DNA from: Spirochaetota bacterium | GTDB taxonomy: Bacteria > Spirochaetota > Spirochaetia > CAKZLE01 | Assembly (NCBI GenBank): GCA_051745285.1 | Contig: JBNJDX010000002.1 | Location: forward strand, 46,917 to 110,916 | Direction of reading: 5' to 3' | Length of the DNA: 64,000 bases | Shown: one piece after another, positions 1 through 9,543 of the stretch | Layout of the letters: each line of letters starts with the position of its first letter | Numbering within the stretch: the first letter of the stretch is position 1 | Notes under the pieces: generated by a model | What the model saw: only the letters and a program-made list of their open reading frames with translations | Told to the model about the DNA's origin: nothing | The model's database searches: none | Translations under genes and position numbers: made by a program

Positions 1-1544
1 GACGATCGGGACGAACCGCCCCCGGATACTGTTTTCGCCTCTACTCGAAGAAAGAATTTGAAAACAGACCCATGTTCACACAGGAGGAGATCAAACGCAC
101 CGATCTCTCAGAGGTTGTACTGAGAATGGCCGAGCTTGGGATACATAACTTTGAATCCTTTGACTTTATCACTCCTCCGGAGTCAGAAGACATTATCAGC
201 GCAGTACAAACGCTGAAACTGCTTGATGCCATAGACAACGAAAACCGCCTGACCCCGGTGGGACATATGATGAGCGAGTTTCCGCTGCTCCCGAGACATT
301 CAAGGATGATTGTTGCCGCTGTGTATGACTATCCGGATGTTCTTGAAGAGACACTGATAGCAGCCGCGTTTCTCTCTTCCCGCTCCCCCTTTACCCTTCC
401 GGTTGGGGAAGAGGTTGAGTCAAGACGCCAGCACGCAAAATTCTCTGACAGTTACGGTGATTTTGTCTCGTATCTGAAACTCTACCGCCGGTACATCACG
501 TGCCAGACCGATCCGGAAAAAGAAGAGTTCTGTAAGACCTTTTACCTCGATTACCAGACAATGGAGGAGATCGTCCATATTGTTGAACAGCTCACTGATA
601 TTGTAACAGAGCTAGAAATCCCGCTTGGTCAGGGTGGTTCGGTACACAACTACCTCTGTGCTGTCTCCCGGGGACTGATCCAGTTCGTCTGTGTACGTAC
701 AGGGCGTGGCGAGTACCGCAGCCTCACCGCTGAACGCATCTTTATTCATCCCGGGTCTATGATGTTCAAGGAGTCTCCCTACTATATCGTAGCGGGAGAA
801 ATCGTAAAAACCTCTCGTACATTTGCTCGTTCAGTCTCCCTGCTGAAGAAGGAATGGATCCAGGAGATATATCCGCAGTTCTTTCCTCAGATTGGTACGC
901 AGAAGAAAGCAGGCAAGCCCCAGAAACAGCGCAAGAGTGCTGCTGCCAAAGACACACAGCATGAGCAGATCATCAGTGACCAGGAGGCTGAACGCATATT
1001 CCTGTATGATGATCTGTATGAAATTGTACCCTATAAGGGCAACAAAAAACTGATCATCATTCCCTTGGAGAAACTTGAAAAGCTCTACCAGAATTATGGA
1101 CGCAGTCCGAAGAGTATTCGAAACTACCGGGTAAAAATTGTCTACAACGGTTTAGAGCTGCACGCCGGAGACCGGCTGGCAAGTGTCATGAAAATCGTAC
1201 CCTACTTGAAGCCTGAGCTCGGCATATATAACAAACCGCCGGAGGGAACGTTTCAGGCACATTCCCAGCTCTCACTGCTGGCGGACAATCTCATAAACCT
1301 GCTGGCCTTTTGCAAGATGAAAAAGAAGAAGAAAACACTCGGTTTTATTGCTCTGGATACAAACAATAACGGGGAGTACTGGTTCAAAGTGGTAAAAAGT
1401 TTTCATACCGCCATTGATATGTCCTTGTATGGACTGCAGTCACTGATGGACGAACTTGCCAACCTCGAGAATCCTGATAAAGAGGCAGCCGCGAACATCA
1501 CGAAGATGTACCGCACCATCTCGACTATTTACGAGCAGTACTAA
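1..1544 (+). CDS. ATP-dependent DEAH-box helicase HrpA/HrpB family, C-terminal part; 5' end lies outside the window
   Basis: The frame is open from the window start (RSGRTAPGYCFRLYSKKEFENRP... precedes the first ATG at 72). An HA2-type helicase-associated region (VVLRMAELGI...DFITPP...AVQTLKLLDAID...LTPVGHMMSEFPL) is followed by a long C-terminal extension. Confidence 0.75.
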   Translation, partial: RSGRTAPGYCFRLYSKKEFENRPMFTQEEIKRTDLSEVVLRMAELGIHNFESFDFITPPESEDIISAVQTLKLLDAIDNENRLTPVGHMMSEFPLLPRHSRMIVAAVYDYPDVLEETLIAAAFLSSRSPFTLPVGEEVESRRQHAKFSDSYGDFVSYLKLYRRYITCQTDPEKEEFCKTFYLDYQTMEEIVHIVEQLTDIVTELEIPLGQGGSVHNYLCAVSRGLIQFVCVRTGRGEYRSLTAERIFIHPGSMMFKESPYYIVAGEIVKTSRTFARSVSLLKKEWIQEIYPQFFPQIGTQKKAGKPQKQRKSAAAKDTQHEQIISDQEAERIFLYDDLYEIVPYKGNKKLIIIPLEKLEKLYQNYGRSPKSIRNYRVKIVYNGLELHAGDRLASVMKIVPYLKPELGIYNKPPEGTFQAHSQLSLLADNLINLLAFCKMKKKKKTLGFIALDTNNNGEYWFKVVKSFHTAIDMSLYGLQSLMDELANLENPDKEAAANITKMYRTISTIYEQY

Positions 1545-2604
1545 GGAGTTCGCTGATACGGGCCAAATCAACTGCTTCCAGAAAGGTCTCACCAAGACGC
1601 CGTTGAAGCACAAATTGCACCTGCCCTCTTCTAGCCTTCTTATCCTTTTTCATGATCTCGGTGAAAGCTGACACGTCCTCTGAGGGCAGGCAATAATCTA
1701 TACGATATCCGTAGTCTCGAAGCAGCCCCTTGATATTCCTAGCATATCCGGGATCCGTAACCCCAAGCATCTCTCCCGTTTCCAGAGCCCGCGCAAGTCC
1801 CCATGCTACAGCCTCGCCGTGCGACCACAACGAAAGCTTCGAATAGGTCTCCAACGCATGAGCGAAGGTGTGTCCCAGGTTCAGCTGAGCGCGAATGCCG
1901 GTGCGTTCCTCAGGATCCTCCTCGATATAAGCACGTTTTACCAGCAGTGATTGATATATAATATCTGTAAGGGTCGTGGCATCTCTGGAACTGATCAGTT
2001 TCTGCCGTGTCTGGACCATGCCAAGTACATCAGGACTGCCAAGCATTGCATGCTTGATCACTTCTGCCAGACCGTTTTTGAACTCCCGTTCCGGCAAACT
2101 GTGCAGCATTTCCGGACAGATCGAGACGGTATCTGCGGGGTGAAACGACCCTATGATGTTTTTGTACCCATGGAAATCCGCCCCGGTCTTCCCCCCCAGG
2201 GAGGCATCCACCATTGCCAGTAATGATGTAGGCACCAAGTGTACAGCAATGCCTCGCATGTACACAGACGCAGCAAAAGCCGCCAAGTCACAGACAACCC
2301 CGCCCCCAACAGCGGTAATGCTGCTATCTCGTCCGAGTCCGTAATCAAGGGCGGCAAGAATGATCCGTTCAACACTTTCCCAAGTTTTGTGTTCTTCCCC
2401 CGGCGGGAGCACTACGAGCCTCTTTGGGGTGACCGGTAACAAAGGGGCCAGATGTTCATCTGTTACAACAAGTGATGAATCGGTTGCCTTGAGAGCCTGA
2501 TCACACGAGGTGAATGCAACTGTTGTATTCCTGCACGTAAACTTCATATCCCATTTGTACCCGAAAGTGCTGCCTTGTGCAACAGAGGCTTGCAATAAGG
2601 CCAT
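1525..2604 (-). CDS. aroB: 3-dehydroquinate synthase
   Basis: 359 aa. Carries the AroB glycine-rich NAD motif and metal-site region (AVGGGVVCDLAAFAASVYMRGIAVHLVPTSLLAMVDASLGGKTG). ATG start at 2604. Confidence 0.85.
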   Translation of the reverse strand: MALLQASVAQGSTFGYKWDMKFTCRNTTVAFTSCDQALKATDSSLVVTDEHLAPLLPVTPKRLVVLPPGEEHKTWESVERIILAALDYGLGRDSSITAVGGGVVCDLAAFAASVYMRGIAVHLVPTSLLAMVDASLGGKTGADFHGYKNIIGSFHPADTVSICPEMLHSLPEREFKNGLAEVIKHAMLGSPDVLGMVQTRQKLISSRDATTLTDIIYQSLLVKRAYIEEDPEERTGIRAQLNLGHTFAHALETYSKLSLWSHGEAVAWGLARALETGEMLGVTDPGYARNIKGLLRDYGYRIDYCLPSEDVSAFTEIMKKDKKARRGQVQFVLQRRLGETFLEAVDLARISELLSTARK

Positions 2605-2625
2605 TTTTTCAACATCATATACGAT

Positions 2626-3786
2626 ATGAACAGATACTACTTTGATTGGGCTTCAACTGCTCCTATGCTCCCTGTCTCGCGTGATGCGTACCTGCAAACG
2701 GCCCTGCAGACATTCGGTAACCCATCCTCAACGCATTATTTTGGCAAACAGGCAGCAAAGCAGTTAGCTGCAAACCGCAATGAGTTTGCAAGTCTTATCA
2801 ATGTCAAAGAGGAACATATCGTGTTTACCGGAGGCGGTACCGAGGCAAATGCACTGGTATGCGAGCATGTCCTCCACAAACGCCACTCTCGCCATATCGT
2901 CATCTCAGGAATCGAGCATCCTTCGGTTTATGAGTATGGTACAGCATTCCGGGAAGCAGGCCATACAACTACTGTACTCTCCACACCAGGAGGGTATGTT
3001 GCTCCTGAGACCCTGGCAGAAGCACTGCGACCGGACACAGCCCTAGTCCTTATCATGGCAGTGAATAACGTACTCGGTACCCTGCAGAATCTGGCTGCAC
3101 TATCATCTGTTGTCAGAGCCCATGAGAAGACCCACAACACCTCTGTACATCTGCATGCAGATGCAGTCCAGGCCTTTGGTAAAATTGACACCCAGGTGTA
3201 TCTGCCACATGTGGATTCATGCACCGTAAGTGCCCATAAAATACAGGGACCGAAGGGAGTTGGTCTGCTGATAAGCAAAAAGCCGCTTACAGTCCTCTCC
3301 CCTGGGGGGGGACAGGAATGGGGTCTCCGGCCCGGAACCCAGGACCTACCGGCAGTTAATGCATTTTTAGCTGCTGCCCGGTATTATCAGGAACACCGCC
3401 TGGAACACTTTTCGACTGCCTCATATCTCAGAGAGCGCCTTAGAGCTATAATTCAACAGTTTCCACAGATGAATATGCTCACTCCTGCTGAAGAAAGTTC
3501 TCCCTACATCACAGCAGTCAGCCTCCCCGGTATTCCTGCGGAAGTTTTCGTGCGCGTGATGGACGACCAGGGGTTTGCACTTGCAGTGGGATCTGCCTGT
3601 TCATCCAAAAGTCGTCAGAAAATTGAGCGGGTTCTGCGATCCTGTGAATTCAATGACCAGATCTGCACCAGCACTGTCCGTATCTCCTTTGGGCCAGAAA
3701 CAACCGAAGAAGATATTGATAGACTGGGGCATACCATGATACAACAGGCGAAGCTGCTTTCGCAGGCTCTTGGCCTGCAACAATAA
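2626..3786 (+). CDS. cysteine desulfurase, class V aminotransferase NifS/IscS-like
   Basis: 386 aa. N-terminal YFDWASTAP, GGGTEANAL, and a PLP-lysine region SAHKIQGPKGVGLL. Confidence 0.8.
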   Translation: MNRYYFDWASTAPMLPVSRDAYLQTALQTFGNPSSTHYFGKQAAKQLAANRNEFASLINVKEEHIVFTGGGTEANALVCEHVLHKRHSRHIVISGIEHPSVYEYGTAFREAGHTTTVLSTPGGYVAPETLAEALRPDTALVLIMAVNNVLGTLQNLAALSSVVRAHEKTHNTSVHLHADAVQAFGKIDTQVYLPHVDSCTVSAHKIQGPKGVGLLISKKPLTVLSPGGGQEWGLRPGTQDLPAVNAFLAAARYYQEHRLEHFSTASYLRERLRAIIQQFPQMNMLTPAEESSPYITAVSLPGIPAEVFVRVMDDQGFALAVGSACSSKSRQKIERVLRSCEFNDQICTSTVRISFGPETTEEDIDRLGHTMIQQAKLLSQALGLQQ

Positions 3787-3808
3787 AAGCAGCACGGGGT
3801 AGCTAACA

Positions 3809-4975
3809 ATGGGCAGAGCATTATATCTCATACGGCTGGGAGAGATCTTCCTAAAGGGTCAAAACCGCGCTTTCTTTGAAAAGAGACTGAAAAAGAATAT
3901 CCGCTGGAAACTCAAGGACCGTAACCCGGTGTTCAGAACCCAGAAGGGGCGAATCTTTCTCGAGGTTGATGCCGATGAGGAGGCTCAAGCTATTGAGGAG
4001 GCCCTGGGTAAAACGATGGGGATTGTCGGCTTTTCCCGCGCTGTAATGACTGCAAAAGACTATCCTGTCATAGAGCACGAGACACTCGAACTGGTCTCGA
4101 AGGTATTCGATCAGCCCTGTTCGTTTAAAATCGAGGCTCGTCGCTCTGATAAGAGCTACCCGCTTACCTCATACCAGATTGCAAGTTCCCTTGGGGGAAA
4201 AATTCTTGAGACATTTGATACCAGCAGCGTAGATGTGCACTCCCCTGATGTTATTGTATACGTTGAAATACGTGATAGAGCCTACGTCTACCTGTCTACC
4301 AGCCATGCCTGGGGACCGGGGGGCCTCCCAGTTGGTGCAGCCGGGAAGGGCCTGTTAATGCTCTCAGGAGGCATCGATTCTCCCATTGCCGGTTATATGA
4401 TGGCCTCTCGAGGTCTTCGTCAGGAAGCTGTCTATTTCCATACCTACCCGTTCACCTCAGATGAAGCGCTAGAAAAGGTAAAAACCCTCGCTTCGATTCT
4501 CTCCCCCTACACGAGTGGTTTGAAACTCCATGTCATTCCGTTCACTGCAGCCCAGCTGCATATTAAAAACAATGCGCTCGAAGAGGAACACACTCTGTTG
4601 ATGAGATACTGTATGATACGAGTTGCTGATACCATTGCCCGCCTCCAGCACGCTCAATGCCTTATCACCGGTGAGTCACTCAGTCAGGTAGCAAGTCAGA
4701 CGATTGAAAGTTTAGCCTTTACCGAAAGTGCATCCTCTATACCTATTCTTCGGCCCCTCATAGGAACAGACAAAGAGGCTATTATCAAGCTGGCCAACAA
4801 AATTGGCACCTACGAGACTTCAATCCTACCGTATGAGGATTGCTGTACCGTGTTCTCTCCAAAGCACCCGGTTGTCCGTCCTGATAAAGAGCAGCTGCTA
4901 GCTTCTGTCCAACAACTCGACATTGAATCACTTCTTGAGGAGGCTGCCCGGGAGCGGGAGACTGTGCTTCTGTGA
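3809..4975 (+). CDS. thiI: tRNA 4-thiouridine synthase (tRNA sulfurtransferase) ThiI
   Basis: 388 aa. THUMP-like N-terminus followed by PP-loop SGGIDSPIAGY. Lies directly downstream of the cysteine desulfurase. Confidence 0.85.
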   Translation: MGRALYLIRLGEIFLKGQNRAFFEKRLKKNIRWKLKDRNPVFRTQKGRIFLEVDADEEAQAIEEALGKTMGIVGFSRAVMTAKDYPVIEHETLELVSKVFDQPCSFKIEARRSDKSYPLTSYQIASSLGGKILETFDTSSVDVHSPDVIVYVEIRDRAYVYLSTSHAWGPGGLPVGAAGKGLLMLSGGIDSPIAGYMMASRGLRQEAVYFHTYPFTSDEALEKVKTLASILSPYTSGLKLHVIPFTAAQLHIKNNALEEEHTLLMRYCMIRVADTIARLQHAQCLITGESLSQVASQTIESLAFTESASSIPILRPLIGTDKEAIIKLANKIGTYETSILPYEDCCTVFSPKHPVVRPDKEQLLASVQQLDIESLLEEAARERETVLL

Positions 4976-4985
4976 CTGTAAACTG

Positions 4986-5294
4986 TCAGGAGGCTGCTGC
5001 TGAGTCTTTCTTCGAGCTGTTTGACTCCTTTGTCGATTCTTTTTTTTCTCCGTCGGAGCTTTTTTCACCTGTTTTTGTCTCCGTGCCAGCTGCTGGAGTA
5101 CTGCTCGTTTTGGTGTTTCTACTGTCGGTGACGTAAAAACCCTTTCCTTTAAATATGATGCCAGCCCCTCCGCCGATAAGGCGTTCGACCGGGCTTCCGC
5201 ACTCGGGACACGCCTCAACCGGCGCATCACTCATCATATGAAATTCTTCAAAAACATGACCACAATTGGTACATTTATAATCGTAGGTTGGCAT
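4986..5294 (-). CDS. FmdB-family zinc-ribbon protein with Ser/Lys-rich tail
   Basis: 102 aa. MPTYDYKCTNCGHVFEE...CPECGSPVERL has two CxxC pairs typical of the FmdB zinc-ribbon family. C-terminal low-complexity tail. ATG confirmed at 5292-5294. Confidence 0.65.
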   Translation of the reverse strand: MPTYDYKCTNCGHVFEEFHMMSDAPVEACPECGSPVERLIGGGAGIIFKGKGFYVTDSRNTKTSSTPAAGTETKTGEKSSDGEKKESTKESNSSKKDSAAAS

Positions 5295-5328
5295 GCTTGT
5301 TGTGCCCTCACTTTTCTAGGTAAGTCGG

Positions 5329-6204
5329 TTATAACTGCTGTAAAACAGCACTGAACAGGTCGACGACCTGTGTATTTTCCACAAACATTCGATCAATATC
5401 GATATAGCGATCATCCCACTGAATGTCATCCATCCAATCTTCGGGAGGCTCTTCAAGCTCACGTACGCGATCAAGATAGTCTTTTTTCAAACTGGTGGAG
5501 AGAACCCTTCCAGCAGCCCGATTGTACGTGCGAATTTCTCCACTGGCAGCGTAATGAGAGGTTTCATGTTCAAAGACGAGCCAAAGCGACTGTATACTGT
5601 CCACCAGCTTGTCAGGAAGAATATCGGTGAATAGACTCAGATCCTCTGGGTCCTCCATATAAAAGGCAAACATACCCCGTGCCATACGCTGGGCAATGGT
5701 ATGGGGAATGAGAATCTCACGCTCAGCATAGCTTTTTGCATAAGTTCTCTCAATACCGTCGGTTGCAAACAGAACCAGCCCGGATTGCGGGGAGAGCACC
5801 TGAATCGACCCCTCACTGTCTGTGTAGAACGTCGGCTTGGCAGAACTCACTTTGCTCCACTGGCTTGATAAGCCAAGGACAGAGCGAACAGCGGTGGTGC
5901 CGAAATTCCCCTCAAGACCGCCTTTTGCATGGAGATCATCCTGCTGTGAACCGGGATCCAGGGCAACAGAAATCCTGCCGGTTCTCTCAAGGATCGGATC
6001 AAACTGCGGGTCCAGAGTATCGGCGTCAAGTTCGTCAAAAAGCGGCTGTGCTGCCTCCAAGTTTACCGTTACAACAGCATCGCCCTTCTCTCCCAGTGAA
6101 CGGTAAAAAAAGTCCTGAGTAAAGGGACTCGTGTGTCTGCAGCCTCCCAGCAGAACTACCGCCACCAGGAGGGCGATACTGCCAAGTCTCACCACCGACC
6201 TCAT
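5329..6204 (-). CDS. hypothetical lipoprotein
   Basis: 291 aa. Signal peptide plus lipobox (LLVAVVLLGGC). No recognisable catalytic motif. Confidence 0.5.
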   Translation of the reverse strand: MRSVVRLGSIALLVAVVLLGGCRHTSPFTQDFFYRSLGEKGDAVVTVNLEAAQPLFDELDADTLDPQFDPILERTGRISVALDPGSQQDDLHAKGGLEGNFGTTAVRSVLGLSSQWSKVSSAKPTFYTDSEGSIQVLSPQSGLVLFATDGIERTYAKSYAEREILIPHTIAQRMARGMFAFYMEDPEDLSLFTDILPDKLVDSIQSLWLVFEHETSHYAASGEIRTYNRAAGRVLSTSLKKDYLDRVRELEEPPEDWMDDIQWDDRYIDIDRMFVENTQVVDLFSAVLQQL

Positions 6205-6210
6205 GGTTTC

Positions 6211-9200
6211 CTACTCCGCCTCAGAGCTGTCAGTATCCCGTATCAGGCTGATATGGGCAGTATGATCACTGACTTCAACCTGGTATGCTTCTGAAACATG
6301 GTCGGTTGAAAACCGGGCCAACGTCTCCTTGGAAATATACTCCTTATACCGTGAGACAGCAGCCTCTATGGTCTGGTCACCACTGATATACAAAACAATG
6401 CGATCAGTGACCTCAAGCCCGCTGTCTTTTCGGAGGTTCTGGACACTGCGGATAAGATCACGGGCAAGCCCCTCAAGCATGAGTTCCTCGGTAATCTCAC
6501 TATCCAAGCCGATAGTCAGGTTCCCCTCGTTTAGCACCTTCATATGCTCTTTTTCGGTTCTCTGAACAACAATCGCATCGGTATCCAGCGAAATCTCCCC
6601 ACCGCTGTAGGACAGTGTATAGTCCTCCCCGCTGAGAATCGATGAGATGTCCTCCATCGAGAGCTCTTGTATCAGCTGAGCGACTTCTTTCATATCCTTC
6701 CCCAGTGTTCTACCCAACTGTTTGTAGTTGGCTTTCGCACTGTAGTGCACCAGATCCTCTTCGTCCTGACGAAAGATAACGCTTTTTACGTTGAGTTCTT
6801 CTTTGATGATCTCTTCCATCTCCTGGAGTATCTGTCTCTCATGATCGTCTTTGGTAACCAGGTACAAGGCCTTCAGCGGTTGTCTTGTCTTCAGCGAGTG
6901 AGAGGCACGCAGGGCTCGACCCATACTGACAGCCTGCTGGGTCAGTTCCATTTTCTTCTCCAGTTCATAGTCACGAAGGTGTTCATGATATTCCGGATAG
7001 TACTGCAGGTGGATTGACTCTTCCATTGAATCGGTGCGCAGATTGAGAAAAATCTCTTCAGTGATAAACGGAATAAAGGGAGCAGCTGTATGGATGACCT
7101 TCATCAGAACAGTATACAGCGTATCGTAGGCCTGCTTCTTATCAGCGTCATTTTCCGAGCGCCAGAATCGTCTTCTCGAGCGACGGATATACCAATTATT
7201 GAGAACATCCATGAACTTTTTGATCGGCTGGCACGCTTTCTGAATGTCGTAATCATCAAGATACTGGGAAACTGAACCGACGAGACCCTCTGACTCTGAA
7301 ATGATCCAGCGGTCAAGAGGATTGTCCAGTCTGGAGTCAACCATGCCGTCTTCAGGTTCATACATGTCGATGTTCGCATACGTTACAAAGAAGCTGTAGG
7401 CATTCCACAACGGGATGATAAAGTTTTTGAGTACATCACGAACACCGTCGTCTGTGTACTTTAAATCTTCTGCTCGAACAACGGCTGAATCCATAAGGAA
7501 AAAGCGCAGAGCGTCTGCCCCGAATTCGTTGATTACATCAACCGGGTCGGAGTAGTTGCGGTCTGATTTTGACATCTTTTTCCCGTCTGCTGCAAGCACG
7601 AGACCGTTGGTGACAATATTCCATGAAACAGGCTGATCAAAGAGAGCTGCTGCCAGAATAGTTAGAGTATAAAACCAGCCTCTGGTCTGATCCAGACCTT
7701 CGCAGATAAAGTCAGCGGGAAAGTTCTGTTCCATCTCTTCCTTGTTTTCAAAGGGATAATGGTTCTGGGCATACGGCATGGCCCCGGACTCAAACCAGCA
7801 GTCAAGCACGTCGGGGATCCTGCGCATCGTCCCCTTTCCGTCCGGACTTGGCCAGGTAATCTCGTCCACAAAATGCTTATGTAAATCTGTTACCTTGTGT
7901 CCACTTTTTTTCTCCAGCTCCTCGCGGGACCCGATGACTTCGAGGTAATCGGAACCATCGCATTTCCACACAGGTATGGGATTGCCCCAAAAACGGTTTC
8001 GGCTGATTGACCAGTCCCTGGCACCTTCAAGCCACTTCCCAAAACGACCTTTCTGGAGATGCTCAGGCACCCATTTAATCTTATCGTTCGCATTGAGCAT
8101 GCTCGGTTTGATTTTGTCAACATCGACAAACCAGCTTGAAAGAGCTCGATAAATCAGGGGCTTTTTAGTTCGATAGCAGAAGGGATAGCTGTGCCGATAG
8201 TTCTCGCGTTTAACAAGCTTGCCGTTTTCCTTGAGCCAGGTGATGATTGGTTTATCAGCATCTTTCACAAACAGACCGGCAAAATCACTGACTTCACTGG
8301 TAAAGTTGCACTCTGCGTCAATGGGGCACTCGACTGGAATACCAGTTCCTTTGAGAATATTGTAGTCATCCTCACCGAATCCCGGTGCGGTATGTACGAT
8401 ACCACTACCCTCATCGTCTGTGACGTAATCGCCGGTAAACGTTCTGAAAGCACCCTTTTCACGGTGCTGCGCAAAGTAGGGAAACAGCGGTTCGTATTCA
8501 ATCCCTTCCAGGTCTCTGCCGGAATATTCTTCTATCAGTTCATACTCACTTTCATCTTTGTAATAGGTTGAAAGCTTCGACTTTGCCAGGATGTAATACT
8601 CCTCGCCGTCTTTGACCTTGGCATACTGAACCTCAGGGCCGACGACTAAGGCAAGGTTTGACGGTAGCGTCCAGGGTGTGGTCGTCCAGGCAAGAAAGTA
8701 CGTATCCGGCGTATCTTTGAGGGCAAACCGAACAGTTACCGCCGGATCAACGACATCCTGGTACCCTCCAAGATTCACTTCAAAGTTTGACAGCGGGGTC
8801 GCCAGCGCGGGACTGTAGGGCATAATATTGTACCCCTCGTAGACGAGTCCTTTCTCGTACAAGCGCTTAAAGACCCACCAAATTGACTCCATGTAGTCTA
8901 GATCCATCGTCTTGTAGTCATGCTCAAAGTCGACCCAACGTCCCATTCTGGTGACAATCCGCTCCCACTCGGAGGCATAGCGTAATACGATGGATCGGCA
9001 TTTTTCGTTGAAATTGCCGATGCCGTATTCTTCGATCTGGCTTTTTCCGGAAATACCAAGGGTTTTTTCCATCTCATACTCAACCGGAAGCCCGTGGCAG
9101 TCCCATCCGAATCGGCGGGGTACACGTCGGCCTTTCATCGTCTGATAACGAGGAAACACATCTTTTATGGTTCCGGGCACAAAATGACCGAAATGAGGCA

Positions 9201-9357
9201 GACCGGTGGCGAACGGAGGACCGTCAAAGAAAATATATTCGTCCTCTTCGCTTCGTGAGTCGATTGACTTCTGAAAGATATCATGGTCTTTCCAGAAGGT
9301 GATTATCTTCTCTTCCATCTTCGGGAAACTGACTTTTGGATCAACAGGCTTAAACAC
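6211..9357 (-). CDS. ileS: isoleucyl-tRNA synthetase, eukaryote-like type 2
   Basis: 1048 aa. HIGH-type motif (PHFGHFVPGTIKD) and KMSKS (KMSKSDRNYSDP); type-2 architecture without the C-terminal zinc finger. GTG start at 9357 preceded by AGGAGGA; alternative ATG at 9318. Confidence 0.95.
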   Translation of the reverse strand: MFKPVDPKVSFPKMEEKIITFWKDHDIFQKSIDSRSEEDEYIFFDGPPFATGLPHFGHFVPGTIKDVFPRYQTMKGRRVPRRFGWDCHGLPVEYEMEKTLGISGKSQIEEYGIGNFNEKCRSIVLRYASEWERIVTRMGRWVDFEHDYKTMDLDYMESIWWVFKRLYEKGLVYEGYNIMPYSPALATPLSNFEVNLGGYQDVVDPAVTVRFALKDTPDTYFLAWTTTPWTLPSNLALVVGPEVQYAKVKDGEEYYILAKSKLSTYYKDESEYELIEEYSGRDLEGIEYEPLFPYFAQHREKGAFRTFTGDYVTDDEGSGIVHTAPGFGEDDYNILKGTGIPVECPIDAECNFTSEVSDFAGLFVKDADKPIITWLKENGKLVKRENYRHSYPFCYRTKKPLIYRALSSWFVDVDKIKPSMLNANDKIKWVPEHLQKGRFGKWLEGARDWSISRNRFWGNPIPVWKCDGSDYLEVIGSREELEKKSGHKVTDLHKHFVDEITWPSPDGKGTMRRIPDVLDCWFESGAMPYAQNHYPFENKEEMEQNFPADFICEGLDQTRGWFYTLTILAAALFDQPVSWNIVTNGLVLAADGKKMSKSDRNYSDPVDVINEFGADALRFFLMDSAVVRAEDLKYTDDGVRDVLKNFIIPLWNAYSFFVTYANIDMYEPEDGMVDSRLDNPLDRWIISESEGLVGSVSQYLDDYDIQKACQPIKKFMDVLNNWYIRRSRRRFWRSENDADKKQAYDTLYTVLMKVIHTAAPFIPFITEEIFLNLRTDSMEESIHLQYYPEYHEHLRDYELEKKMELTQQAVSMGRALRASHSLKTRQPLKALYLVTKDDHERQILQEMEEIIKEELNVKSVIFRQDEEDLVHYSAKANYKQLGRTLGKDMKEVAQLIQELSMEDISSILSGEDYTLSYSGGEISLDTDAIVVQRTEKEHMKVLNEGNLTIGLDSEITEELMLEGLARDLIRSVQNLRKDSGLEVTDRIVLYISGDQTIEAAVSRYKEYISKETLARFSTDHVSEAYQVEVSDHTAHISLIRDTDSSEAE

Positions 9358-9543
9358 ACAATCCTCCTGGATACGATTACAGCAGAAACGCCGGCCTTGA
9401 CCGGCTCAGCAAAAAGCTGCGGGTGTCACGATATACCGTAGTAGCTGGTAACGTGAAAGACCGAACGGTCCGTGCTATGTATGTGGTTAAATATATCTAT
9501 TTACACGTAAAACTTCAATGTATATTGACACAAATGGCCTCCA

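Noticed and set aside
9358-9543. T-box riboswitch in the ileS leader
   Set aside because: The T-box core AGGGUGGNACCGCG and the specifier/antiterminator arrangement are absent from the transcribed strand.
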